A stretch of 31,279 nucleotides of DNA from a virus. Taxonomy: Duplodnaviria > Caudoviricetes. The DNA lies in IMG/VR virus record IMGVR_UViG_3300025276_000128, positions 1 through 31,279 of that record, one strand, 5' to 3'. Made by a program: the position numbers and the translations under genes. How positions within the stretch are numbered: the stretch's first letter is position 1; each line of letters opens with the position of its first letter. A model generated the notes under the pieces. That model had not been told where the DNA came from. It did no database searches and was given only the letters and a program-made list of their open reading frames with translations. Shown in pieces: positions 8,461 to 17,499 of the stretch.

Positions 8461-10374
8461 ATGGGCAACAACTCACCTAGATTTATAGAAAAGTCATTCG
8501 TACCTACCTTCGGAGAAGAATTCAGTAACATTGCAACACCAGAATTTGATTCTGAAATATGGACAACTGAACTGGTAGATGCTCTTATTGATAAGGTAGA
8601 AAATTACGGATTAGATTTAAACAAAGCTAAGAATCCTTTCTTTGATAAGAATCCTACTTTAAGAAAAGGTAGAGTTGCATTTCAAATGACTTTACAAGAA
8701 AAAGACGAATTCAAAAGATGTAGAAAAGACATAATATATTTTGCAAATAAGTATGTTCAATTAATGACACCTGAGGGGATAGGACATATTACTTTGTATC
8801 CTTATCAAGAACAAATGTTATTGAACTATAAAAATGGTAAAAATAATATAGTAGTAGGTTCTAGACAAATTGGTAAAACCGTAGTTGCTGGTATATTTTT
8901 AACTTGGTTTTTAATATTTCATCCTGACAAAAATATAATGTTGGCAGCCAACAAAGGAGATACGGCAAAAGAAATATTAGACAAAGTTAAATCTATAATA
9001 GCGTTCTTACCTTTTTGGTTGAAACCTGGATTGTTTTCTTGGAATATGTTTAGTATAATGACTGATGCAAATTCAAGAATACTAGCAACAACTACTACGG
9101 ACAAAGCTGCAATTGGTTTTACTATTCATTTACTTTTCTTAGATGAATTTGCCCACGTTAGAGAGGGTATTCAAAGAAGTTTTTGGGATAACATTTATCC
9201 TGTAATGGCAGCCGACCCCAAATCTAAAATGATTATGACCAGCACACCAAACGGTTATGAATTATTTCAAGAATTGTATCACAATGCATCCGAATTGCCT
9301 GAAGGTAAAAGTAACGGATTTACGCATATGAAAATTCCTTGGTGGGATGTTCCAGGAAGAGATGATAGTTGGGCAGATCAACAAAAAGCAATTCTTGGAG
9401 AAGATGCTTTCAATGAACAATTTGCTTGTGCTTTTCAAAGAAGTGATTTATTATTACTATCAGCAAAGGAATTGAATAGTATGAAAGGTAACATTGAACC
9501 GTTTGTACATCACGAATTTGAACATTTAGATAAATATAATATATTATACGAAAATCTATTGTTCAGAAAAGATTATGATATTGAAAACCTAAAAAAAGAT
9601 TCTTTATTTTTTAGTATAGATTTAGCAGAAGGCGTTGGTAGAGATTATACAGTGATGCAAATTTTCAGATTAGCACCTAAGATTGAAAGAGATATAAAAG
9701 TATCTAATAACGAGGTATTTCAATTAGAAAAACATTTTTACTTAGACCAAATAGGTATTTTTAGAGATAATCTAATAAGTATAGAAGATTTTGCAAAACT
9801 AACTTACAATTTATTATTTTCTGGAAAGTTTATCAACATTGACAACATAAAAGTTGTTTTAGAATGGAATACATATGGTTCTTTCTTTGATGAAAAATTA
9901 AAACATTTATATGGTGGTGATTTATACGATGATTCTGTTTATTTAAAAACTTATCATAGAAAAGGAGCAAAAAGAAAAAGAATAGGATTACGACAAGATA
10001 AAGTTACTAAGCCAAGAAATTGTGCAGAAGTTAAAAACTTAATTTCAAATCAAGTAATGATATTGCACGATAAGTGGACTATACAAGAATTCAATCATTT
10101 CAATAGAAACAAAAAAGGTTCTTATGAAGCAAGTACAGGACACGATGATACTGTCATGACTTGTGTTAATATTGTAGAAGTTTTCAGAGATTCCTTATAC
10201 GTAGATATGGTCGCAGAATGTTTTGAAACACAAGAATCAGATACTAAAATTCATATAAATTCACTAATGAAAACCGGCCATTCCTTAGATAGTAGTACAG
10301 ATTTTCTTGCAGAAAACTTTAATACAAAAGGAATGACCGATGATGACTTTAATTTAGGAACTGATTGGTTCTAA
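8461..10374 (+). CDS. terL: terminase large subunit (T4 gp17-like)
   Basis: LYPYQ adenine motif, SRQIGKT Walker A, LFLDEFAH Walker B, TSTPNG coupling motif, IDLAEGVGRDY and HDDTVM nuclease motifs. Confidence 0.96.
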   Translation: MGNNSPRFIEKSFVPTFGEEFSNIATPEFDSEIWTTELVDALIDKVENYGLDLNKAKNPFFDKNPTLRKGRVAFQMTLQEKDEFKRCRKDIIYFANKYVQLMTPEGIGHITLYPYQEQMLLNYKNGKNNIVVGSRQIGKTVVAGIFLTWFLIFHPDKNIMLAANKGDTAKEILDKVKSIIAFLPFWLKPGLFSWNMFSIMTDANSRILATTTTDKAAIGFTIHLLFLDEFAHVREGIQRSFWDNIYPVMAADPKSKMIMTSTPNGYELFQELYHNASELPEGKSNGFTHMKIPWWDVPGRDDSWADQQKAILGEDAFNEQFACAFQRSDLLLLSAKELNSMKGNIEPFVHHEFEHLDKYNILYENLLFRKDYDIENLKKDSLFFSIDLAEGVGRDYTVMQIFRLAPKIERDIKVSNNEVFQLEKHFYLDQIGIFRDNLISIEDFAKLTYNLLFSGKFINIDNIKVVLEWNTYGSFFDEKLKHLYGGDLYDDSVYLKTYHRKGAKRKRIGLRQDKVTKPRNCAEVKNLISNQVMILHDKWTIQEFNHFNRNKKGSYEASTGHDDTVMTCVNIVEVFRDSLYVDMVAECFETQESDTKIHINSLMKTGHSLDSSTDFLAENFNTKGMTDDDFNLGTDWF

Positions 10375-10380
10375 TTTTAA

Positions 10381-11844
10381 TTACTTAAATAAATTTTTAA
10401 AGTTTACATTAGCAACAGCTTGAAATTGTGGATTTGCTATAAAATTACCTTTGTATCTTATTTCTATGTTCATAATAGGTATACCATCAGAAGTAAGTGT
10501 ATAAAATATTTTTGATGCCCCAGCATCCAATTCCCAAGCTTGTTTTTTATTTTCAGTTTGTACTATGTCTAACTTTGTATCATACAAACCAGTAAGAACT
10601 TCAATAGTAGAATCTAAATCTAGGTTTATAGCAGCTTTAGGTGCTATACCATTTACATTAATCGCACCAATACCAGTATTCAAGTTAAACTTAAAGTCTT
10701 TAGTAGCAATGTTATTTGCTAACTCCGGTTTAAAAATCAAATCTAAGAATGCTTTAGCAAAATCTTGTGAATATTTAGGTAAAATTTCATCTATCTTTTT
10801 AAAAAAAACATTTTCGGAAGATTTTAAATGATTATGCATATTTTTGTCCATATCAACTATGGGTCCCTTGAGGTCATCACGCGACATTGTACTTGCATTT
10901 TCAATACTTATACCGTTTTCTTCTGCACCAACAGCGTATCTAAAAAAATCAAGTTTAGAATTTTCAATTTCATCTAAATCTGAATCTGATACAATTCCTT
11001 TTAAAAAACTATCTTTTCCTGTAATTGCTTTGTTGATTAAAGTTGGGTCAAGGTCAGTTTCTTTTGCTTTTTTCTTTAAAGAAAATCCATAAAACACTTC
11101 TCCCTTTATACCTTTTGTTTTGAATATAATATCCGATGAATTGTAAGTTTTTATTCCTCCGATTTGAGGATTTAAAAATGCAATTTCATCAATCCATTTA
11201 TTACCCATTTTTGCTGGCCAATATGCAGTGACTGGTGTTTGACCATCATTTTCAATAATTTTTATTATAGAATTAGATGATGAAATAGATGGGGATAAGT
11301 CTGAATAATTTTTTTGTGCTGCAATAATGTATTTTTTAACATCATCTATTCCTTTTATTTTGCTAAAATACCCGGTTAATTTTTTAATAAGTCCATCTGT
11401 CTTTGCAAAGTCAATTTCACCATTATATATTTCTTTTTGCATTACTAATGCACCTACAAATAGTTCTTGTACAGCTATGGTTTTCGTAAGGTACTTGTAC
11501 ATAATATTAAGTTTTTTACCAATTCCACTATCCTTTTTTGATATATCTGTTCTTGTTTTTGAATGTCCCGACAAACGAGTTTCTGAATACGAAATATTGT
11601 TATCATCAAGAATTTTTTGTATAGTTATTTTATCTTGGATTCTTGTCTTGTCGTTTTCAGCAACAATCCATATTGTTTTAGTTTTCCCGTTTTCTATTTC
11701 ATAGTAACCTTTAGTTTTTTCTTTACTTTCTTCGGTATTTACGATAATTTGATTACCATATCCTTGACTTGATAAATATTGTGCAATTAAGACTCCAGCA
11801 TTATCAATAGTACTTTCATTTAAAAATTGTCTGTAATCTTTCAT
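10381..11844 (-). CDS. restriction-endonuclease-like (PD-(D/E)XK variant) protein with capsid-targeting-like leader
   Basis: NSSDIIF...YGFSLKK motif; starts MKDYRQFLNE. Confidence 0.5.
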   Translation of the reverse strand: MKDYRQFLNESTIDNAGVLIAQYLSSQGYGNQIIVNTEESKEKTKGYYEIENGKTKTIWIVAENDKTRIQDKITIQKILDDNNISYSETRLSGHSKTRTDISKKDSGIGKKLNIMYKYLTKTIAVQELFVGALVMQKEIYNGEIDFAKTDGLIKKLTGYFSKIKGIDDVKKYIIAAQKNYSDLSPSISSSNSIIKIIENDGQTPVTAYWPAKMGNKWIDEIAFLNPQIGGIKTYNSSDIIFKTKGIKGEVFYGFSLKKKAKETDLDPTLINKAITGKDSFLKGIVSDSDLDEIENSKLDFFRYAVGAEENGISIENASTMSRDDLKGPIVDMDKNMHNHLKSSENVFFKKIDEILPKYSQDFAKAFLDLIFKPELANNIATKDFKFNLNTGIGAINVNGIAPKAAINLDLDSTIEVLTGLYDTKLDIVQTENKKQAWELDAGASKIFYTLTSDGIPIMNIEIRYKGNFIANPQFQAVANVNFKNLFK

Positions 11845-12362
11845 TATCTAGCTACTTTTTTAATGTTATCTAATGCTTCTACAACTGATAATTCAACTAA
11901 TCCTTTTGCTGATTCATCTTCTAGTATTGCCATATTATCCATTAATGGGGTTTTAAACTTTATAGTTTCTACGTTAGGAATATTTTTATCTACTACTTCA
12001 CCATCTTCATTTACGTTAATAGACACAGAAGAACTAAATTCTATACTTAATGCGTAAGTTTCATCTTTATAATCTGTTTCTATTAATGGAATTATAGTAA
12101 AAGAATTATATTCGTCATCTAATATTTTTTCAGAAACATATTGTTTAGTTGAATTTTTAAATGCATCGACAAATGATTCATCTTCGAAAATTTTTATCAA
12201 ACTTTCTTCATTAGAAGATTCTTCATCATCTTCTTCTGGTTCTTCTTTCGATTCAGTTTCTTCAGTTTCAACTTCTTCTTCCTCTTCTTCCTCTTCTTCG
12301 TTTATACCTAAACGTTCTAATAATTTAGAATGTTGGTTAAAAAATTTTCTATAATCTTTCAT
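11844..12362 (-). CDS. acidic putative head-internal/core protein with variant leader
   Basis: MKDYRKFFNQHSKLLE..INE followed by poly-Glu tract. Confidence 0.6.
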   Translation of the reverse strand: MKDYRKFFNQHSKLLERLGINEEEEEEEEEVETEETESKEEPEEDDEESSNEESLIKIFEDESFVDAFKNSTKQYVSEKILDDEYNSFTIIPLIETDYKDETYALSIEFSSSVSINVNEDGEVVDKNIPNVETIKFKTPLMDNMAILEDESAKGLVELSVVEALDNIKKVAR

Positions 12363-12409
12363 ATCTATTGATTCATTTTAATATTTAATCCTTGATTTTA
12401 AATATACAC

Positions 12410-12437
12410 AAAAAAACCCAGAAAAACAAGTTCTGGG
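12410..12437 (-). terminator. intrinsic terminator
   Basis: CCCAGAA/TTCTGGG stem followed by T7 on minus strand. Confidence 0.7.
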
Positions 12438-12455
12438 CATAATTATTTTAAATAA

Positions 12456-12983
12456 TTACATTTTAGCGTTTCTATCTTGCTGTTGTTTTATTTCTTCTGG
12501 GTCTTCTTTAGATGCCCAAATTGTGCTTCTTGCTGTACTTTGTTCTTCAAACGAACAGTTCATAAATTGACTATCGAATTTCATTTTACAATAATCATCT
12601 AATTCTTTTCTTTGGTCAGGAGTTAAATCACTGTATGCTGCAATTTTGTCTGCCCTTTCTGAACCAGAATTACTTTGAAACATAATACTTTCTGCAACAT
12701 ATTCATCTGGTATTTGTATAAGACTACTACGTATTAAAAATTCATCATCATCGTATCCAAATTTTTGAATAAGTTTTTCTATTTTATCAGCACCTTTAGG
12801 TTTACCTATTGGTCCTGTATCAAGATTTGTTGGATTGTGAAAAGATAAATCGTTACCATCTAATTCGATATCTTCCATACCTAATTTAGAAAGTAATTTT
12901 ATTAATTCACTTATGAACTTTTTATCACTTAATGGGTCCATGTATTCATCACTTTCTGTTAAAAATGTTCTATAATTCTTCAT
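12456..12983 (-). CDS. putative capsid-internal protein (leader-tagged)
   Basis: Starts MKNYRTFLTE. Confidence 0.65.
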   Translation of the reverse strand: MKNYRTFLTESDEYMDPLSDKKFISELIKLLSKLGMEDIELDGNDLSFHNPTNLDTGPIGKPKGADKIEKLIQKFGYDDDEFLIRSSLIQIPDEYVAESIMFQSNSGSERADKIAAYSDLTPDQRKELDDYCKMKFDSQFMNCSFEEQSTARSTIWASKEDPEEIKQQQDRNAKM

Positions 12984-13263
12984 CTTTATTTTCTTTTTTG
13001 TTCTTTTTACCTAGCCCTTCAACTAATGTTCCAGCTCCTAATAACCCAGCTCCTGTTATAATTATAAATTGTATTAAGGATTCAGCATTTGAATCTGAAT
13101 ATCCATCAAAAGATTTATATACATAATAAGTTGCCGCAACAAGAGACCACTTTATCATTAGTATTCCACAAATTCGTTTGCTACTTACTTTAGAATCTTT
13201 ATGAAAAGCTCCTGTGTACCAATTCAAAAATCTTTTAACTATATTTTCTTTATCTTTTGACAT
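12970..13263 (-). CDS. two-TM membrane protein, possible holin
   Basis: SSKR then two hydrophobic helices and a charged C-terminal tail. Confidence 0.5.
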   Translation of the reverse strand: MSKDKENIVKRFLNWYTGAFHKDSKVSSKRICGILMIKWSLVAATYYVYKSFDGYSDSNAESLIQFIIITGAGLLGAGTLVEGLGKKNKKENKDEEL

Positions 13264-13266
13264 TTT

Positions 13267-14169
13267 TTATTTATTCCATTTTTCAATTTCATTTGTAAGT
13301 TCTTTAATTAACTCATCAATTCTCTTTTGATTCTTCTGTGGTAAAAAACCTTTTGCTCGTAACAATTTCTCCAGTTTTTCAAAATTTGTTTTACCTGGTA
13401 GTCTAGAAAGTTTCCATTCTATATCATTAACCTTTCTTGCTTCTTTTACATAAGGAAACAATGCATCTATTTTACCTCCGTTTAAATCGGATGTAATTTT
13501 AGCTACTTGCTCAGGTTCAATTTTTGGCATATCCTTTCTTGCCGGTGCTCCTGCTGGCAATTTCTTAGATTGAATTGCTTTCAGTCTTTTTTCAACTAAA
13601 TCTTTTCCTAAAGTTTCATACCAAGCAATTGAAGCATCTTTGTTGTAATATTTCGGATTCATATTTTTACCTGTATAAACAGCATCTTCGATATCTTGAA
13701 TAGTTGCTTTGTAAATATTAGTATCACCACCTTTAGGTTCTACACCTCTTTCATTTCCTAATGCATCACCAGCTTTTCTTAAAATAGGAACTAAATCTCC
13801 TATTGCTAAGTTAGATTGCATACCTTGTACTTTTGCATTTGGATTTCCAAACATAGTTGCTGCCCATCTATGATGACCATCTAAAATATAATTATCTCTA
13901 GATACCATTGCATTCAAATCACCACCAACTATATTGTTGATTGCCATATCCAATGCTTTACTTAAATAAATTGCATCTTGACTAGGTTTCAATGCTTTTG
14001 CTGGAATACTAAATCGTTTCGTTTCGATTACATCATCATTGAAATCACCATCTTTTTTACCTTTCTTGAAATAATCATCGTCTTTCATAGGACCATCGTT
14101 TGAGAACTTACTTGGATCAATTTCTTTTGTTTTTAATGCTTCGTTTAAAAATTCGTTTAATGACTTCAT
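13267..14169 (-). CDS. ParB/Srx-like domain protein with capsid-targeting-like leader
   Basis: LKPSQ..I and VSRDNYILDGHHRWAA motifs; starts MKSLNEFLNE. Confidence 0.75.
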   Translation of the reverse strand: MKSLNEFLNEALKTKEIDPSKFSNDGPMKDDDYFKKGKKDGDFNDDVIETKRFSIPAKALKPSQDAIYLSKALDMAINNIVGGDLNAMVSRDNYILDGHHRWAATMFGNPNAKVQGMQSNLAIGDLVPILRKAGDALGNERGVEPKGGDTNIYKATIQDIEDAVYTGKNMNPKYYNKDASIAWYETLGKDLVEKRLKAIQSKKLPAGAPARKDMPKIEPEQVAKITSDLNGGKIDALFPYVKEARKVNDIEWKLSRLPGKTNFEKLEKLLRAKGFLPQKNQKRIDELIKELTNEIEKWNK

Positions 14170-14173
14170 AATA

Positions 14174-14563
14174 TTAATTTCTTTTTCCTGCTATTGTTGT
14201 TCCTTCTTTCGGATTGTCGTAATCTCTTAGTGTTATTTTCCAAGAGCGAACTTGTCCTAATGGCACACCCAATTCTTTAGATTTTTTTCTCATTTCTCTT
14301 TTAAAGATTTTGAAAACTTTGTCTGCAAGTGGTCTAGCTGTCCCGTCTTTTCCAAATAGTTGTTCGGTTGTTTCTCTTACAACCTTTGCGCTATTTTTCA
14401 TTTTCTTGGTTTGTTTAATTCTTCTTTCGTTTAAATCTTCTTCGATATCTTCATCATCAATATCATCTTCATCAGGAATATCTAAATCGACTGTAATTTC
14501 GATTTCATTTTCGTCTTCATCGTTTTCTTCAGATTCATATAAAAATTCGTTTAATGATTTCAT
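14174..14563 (-). CDS. putative capsid-internal protein: acidic pro-region then basic domain
   Basis: MKSLNEFLYE, D/E-rich stretch ending LNE, then K/R-rich remainder. Confidence 0.65.
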   Translation of the reverse strand: MKSLNEFLYESEENDEDENEIEITVDLDIPDEDDIDDEDIEEDLNERRIKQTKKMKNSAKVVRETTEQLFGKDGTARPLADKVFKIFKREMRKKSKELGVPLGQVRSWKITLRDYDNPKEGTTIAGKRN

Positions 14564-14566
14564 AAC

Positions 14567-14935
14567 TTATTTTACATATTTTTTTACAAAGTCAATTGAA
14601 AAATCAATCAAATCAATCAATTCAGTAAAGTTTTTAATTGCTTGTTTGGTATTCATCGGCATGTTTAACATATCAGGTGTTAAATTTCCAGATTTGAATT
14701 CCTCAATCATTTCTTGTACCGAATCTTTTTGTTCTGGTAATGCTTCATCTACAAATTCTTGAATTTCTTCTTTTTGTTCTTTAGATGCTTTTGAAAATTC
14801 TTTAACTGCATTTTTAAAAGCATTCTTATCTTTTTTGATTGCTTCCATTTGTGTTAAAAATCCAGCAACTGGGTTTTCGTTTTCGTTTAGATGATTGTCT
14901 AAATTTCCTTCATGGAATTCGTTTAATGATTTCAT
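14567..14935 (-). CDS. putative capsid-internal protein (variant leader)
   Basis: MKSLNEFHEGNLDNHLNE; TATAAATA 4 nt upstream. Confidence 0.6.
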   Translation of the reverse strand: MKSLNEFHEGNLDNHLNENENPVAGFLTQMEAIKKDKNAFKNAVKEFSKASKEQKEEIQEFVDEALPEQKDSVQEMIEEFKSGNLTPDMLNMPMNTKQAIKNFTELIDLIDFSIDFVKKYVK

Positions 14936-14939
14936 AATT

Positions 14940-14947
14940 TATTTATA
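14940..14947 (-). promoter_or_regulatory. T4-type late promoter TATAAATA
   Basis: Exact T4 late consensus just upstream of a run of leader-tagged genes. Confidence 0.5.
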
Positions 14948-14960
14948 TTTTATAATATAT

Positions 14961-15548
14961 TTAATCGTTGTCTGGGTCTTCTATATTATCATCTTCTTCG
15001 CTGTCTAAATCTTGTAATAATGATTTTGCATTTGTATAAACTTTTGTTTCTTTATCTTTAGACATATTGATAGAATTGTCTAGTACTTGTGCTTGTGGTA
15101 ATTCTCCTTGCATACGTCTAAATTCTTCTTGCATCGAAATAACGTGCAATTGAACATTCTTTAACATATCAATAATATTTCCTTGCAATTGACCCGCAAC
15201 TTCAAACAATCTAGGATTCATATCTCCAGCATCAATTCCGTTGACAATCTTATCGACCATATGTTCTGCAATTTTTATTTGTCTAAAAAGAGTTTTGATA
15301 TTAGATGTAGTTACTGCAGCTTTGGCTTGCATAAATTCATTTTGAGATAGAATTTTTGCATCGAAATAAAGTTTCATACAAGAAAGAACAATTTTCTGTG
15401 CTTTCATTCTTGTTTTATTATCAACTTCTGCAATGTTTAAAGGTTCTATTGGGTCAACTTCTAATGCTGGAAATCCTACACCAGAATCTTGGTCGTTAAT
15501 TAGACCGGCAATTTCATCTTTTAAATAATCTTTGTCTTTATCTTTCAT
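14961..15548 (-). CDS. terS: terminase small subunit (T4 gp16-like)
   Basis: PRLFEVAGQL matches the gp16-family PRxxEVxxxL motif in a helical context. Confidence 0.6.
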   Translation of the reverse strand: MKDKDKDYLKDEIAGLINDQDSGVGFPALEVDPIEPLNIAEVDNKTRMKAQKIVLSCMKLYFDAKILSQNEFMQAKAAVTTSNIKTLFRQIKIAEHMVDKIVNGIDAGDMNPRLFEVAGQLQGNIIDMLKNVQLHVISMQEEFRRMQGELPQAQVLDNSINMSKDKETKVYTNAKSLLQDLDSEEDDNIEDPDND

Positions 15549-15550
15549 AA

Positions 15551-15572
15551 TAAATAGTATCTGTACTATTTA
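15551..15572 (-). promoter_or_regulatory. inverted repeat carrying TAAATA in its 5' arm, directly upstream of terS
   Basis: TAAATAGTA-CAGA-TACTATTTA then TT-ATG. Confidence 0.55.
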
Positions 15573-15580
15573 ACAAAGAC

Positions 15581-15603
15581 AAAAAACACCTATATGTCGG
15601 TGT
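15581..15603 (-). terminator. intrinsic terminator overlapping the stop of 15590..16000
   Basis: ACACC/GGTGT stem followed by T-tract. Confidence 0.5.
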
Positions 15604-16000
15604 CCTTTATCTTTTCTATGAATTCAAACATTTTTTCGTTAGATTCAAAATACTCTACATATTTATTAACAAATGGTAAGAAATGGTCAGAATGATTTTC
15701 TTGTATAACAACAAATGCTTTTTTTAATACTTCTCTACCAGCTCTAGGATGTTTAAAGAAAAACATCTTTTCGTGTTCTTCTATATATTTTTCTGAATGT
15801 CTTTCTGGAATTGACCAACATATATTCCAACCATTATGAGTTGAAGAAATAGATTCTAAACAAGGTTCTCCTTCAGGACCCCAACCTTCGGGTACTTCAG
15901 GTTTCGATACATTTTCAGATGTACGAATGCTACTTACTTTATTAAAAAAATACCATTCGGCTGTTTGAACCAAATGATACGATACGATTTCTTTTTTCAT
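15590..16000 (-). CDS. hypothetical protein
   Basis: 136-aa ORF coupled via ATGA to the upstream small gene. Confidence 0.7.
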   Translation of the reverse strand: MKKEIVSYHLVQTAEWYFFNKVSSIRTSENVSKPEVPEGWGPEGEPCLESISSTHNGWNICWSIPERHSEKYIEEHEKMFFFKHPRAGREVLKKAFVVIQENHSDHFLPFVNKYVEYFESNEKMFEFIEKIKDTDI

Positions 16001-16170
16001 TTTTCAAAAGTTAGCAATAAAGTCCACATCGTAAATGACCCCACGATATATAGACAAATAAAATCAAAATCTCCTAATTCACTAAAGAAACGCGTCATTA
16101 ATGATATCATTGCAAGTGCAGAAATTATCGATTGCACTAATCGTTTAGTAAATATTTTTAATGTAGTCAT
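15997..16170 (-). CDS. small two-TM membrane protein (57 aa, not in ORF track)
   Basis: MTTLKIFTKRLVQSIISALAMISLM...ICLYIVGSFTMWTLLLTFEK; fills the gap and ends in ATGA overlap. Confidence 0.65.
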   Translation of the reverse strand: MTTLKIFTKRLVQSIISALAMISLMTRFFSELGDFDFICLYIVGSFTMWTLLLTFEK

Positions 16171-16181
16171 AATTTTATTTT

Positions 16182-16685
16182 TTAGTTAATACTCAATCCT
16201 ACTACTATTCTTCTTGCTACTCTAAGAGTTTTATAACGACCATGTTTTACGATTTCAACATTCGAAGCAGAGGTTTTTATAGTTTCTCCAGTTTCGTTGA
16301 TTCCGATTAAGGTTTCTGAAATAATTCTACCGAATTTTTTGAATGCTCTAACCTCTTCGATTTTGAAAGTTTCACCTTTGAACTTTCTTACTCTTGGATT
16401 AGTAACTTTAACAACATCACCTTCTTCAAGATTGAAACTTCCTAATCTTCTTGGAACCTCGTTGATTGCATATTCAGTTGCCAATTCTTCGTACTTTTGG
16501 GACTCTTTAAGGTCTGATCTCACATCATCATATTCATGTGCAAAATCTACTGAACCAGCAAATCTGGTTGTTCCCCAAATGTGCTTGATAACTTTTTTTT
16601 CTTTGGTATCTACCAACATCGTGTAGAAATCAGAATCATTGTAGTAATTATTTTCTCCGCTGTAATATGCAATAAATCTTTTCAT
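16182..16685 (-). CDS. hypothetical early protein with possible KOW/SH3-like C-terminal part
   Basis: GDVVKVT...KGETFKIEEV; directly downstream of promoter cassette copy 3. Confidence 0.7.
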   Translation of the reverse strand: MKRFIAYYSGENNYYNDSDFYTMLVDTKEKKVIKHIWGTTRFAGSVDFAHEYDDVRSDLKESQKYEELATEYAINEVPRRLGSFNLEEGDVVKVTNPRVRKFKGETFKIEEVRAFKKFGRIISETLIGINETGETIKTSASNVEIVKHGRYKTLRVARRIVVGLSIN

Positions 16686-16712
16686 TTTAGTAGTATTTTA
16701 AGTTAAACAATA

Positions 16713-16768
16713 TGCTGATGACCTCACCAACAATTACAATATACGAAAACGATTCCATAGTTTTGCCA
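16713..16768 (-). promoter_or_regulatory. repeated early promoter cassette copy 3 (degenerate -35) with 5' hairpin
   Basis: TATATT (16738-16743); hairpin TGTTGGTG-AGGT-CATCAGCA at 16713-16732; leader nearly identical to copy 1. Confidence 0.65.
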
Positions 16769-16792
16769 TAGAACCGCCATACTATTCAAGTA

Positions 16793-16978
16793 TTACGAAT
16801 AAACCTCAGCTCCAGAATTTTCGTTATAAACAATAAAGTCAAGGACTTCTTCTATTTCGTGAGTTTTTTTACTAAATGTTTGTGAATCAATTTCTTCACC
16901 ATCGAGAACTACTATAATGTCAATTTCTTGACCTTTACTGAATTCTCTTCTTATACTTGATTCTTTAAAAATATCCAT
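16793..16978 (-). CDS. hypothetical protein
   Basis: 61-aa acidic ORF. Confidence 0.65.
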   Translation of the reverse strand: MDIFKESSIRREFSKGQEIDIIVVLDGEEIDSQTFSKKTHEIEEVLDFIVYNENSGAEVYS

Positions 16979-17009
16979 AGTTATTTATTTTAGTTAGTAA
17001 TTATTAATA

Positions 17010-17387
17010 TTAAAGTGTTACAAATCTTTTTGGTAACTTGTAAGATTTACCATCAGAAATCTTTGTTGCTATTATAGGAAACTTAGGACTTCTTGGTTTG
17101 AAACCAGTAAGTTCAAATTCACTTCCGTTGTAAGAAAACTTTTTCTTGAAATCTTTAGGTGTAAATCCAAACCTAACACATAAGTTGTTGAACTCAACTT
17201 GAGCCATACTAGTTTTCTTACCAGTACTTGTTACGGTTTTTGTTACCTTTAGTTTAGAAGTGAAAGATTGCTCGGTATAAGATATGTTACCTATTCCTAT
17301 TTCAACTTTGTATTGCTTTTCAAGTTTAGCAACTGCACTAGCGAAATCAGTTCTGAAACTGCTTAATTCTGTTCTTGTAAATGCCAT
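17010..17387 (-). CDS. hypothetical early protein (start moved to ATG at 17387, MAFTRTE)
   Basis: ORF-track start lies within the promoter cassette; ATG follows ACTACTAAAA. Confidence 0.7.
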   Translation of the reverse strand: MAFTRTELSSFRTDFASAVAKLEKQYKVEIGIGNISYTEQSFTSKLKVTKTVTSTGKKTSMAQVEFNNLCVRFGFTPKDFKKKFSYNGSEFELTGFKPRSPKFPIIATKISDGKSYKLPKRFVTL

Positions 17388-17411
17388 TTTTAGTAGTTTA
17401 AAAGTTAAACG

Positions 17412-17476
17412 TGATAAAGGTACTACCCCCACCAACAAAGACAAGATACCGAATTAAATTGACAATTGCAACTTTT
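17412..17476 (-). promoter_or_regulatory. repeated early promoter cassette copy 4
   Basis: TTGCAA (17466-17471)-17 nt-TATCTT (17443-17448); GU-rich hairpin at 17412-17434. Confidence 0.7.
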
Positions 17477-17499
17477 GGGGCACTTATTTTTGAATTATT

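Noticed and set aside
1448-17464. Perfect plus-strand TTGACA inside promoter cassette copies 1, 2 and 4
   Set aside because: No consistent -10 at the right spacing and no plus-strand gene downstream; it is part of the conserved spacer of the minus-strand promoter.
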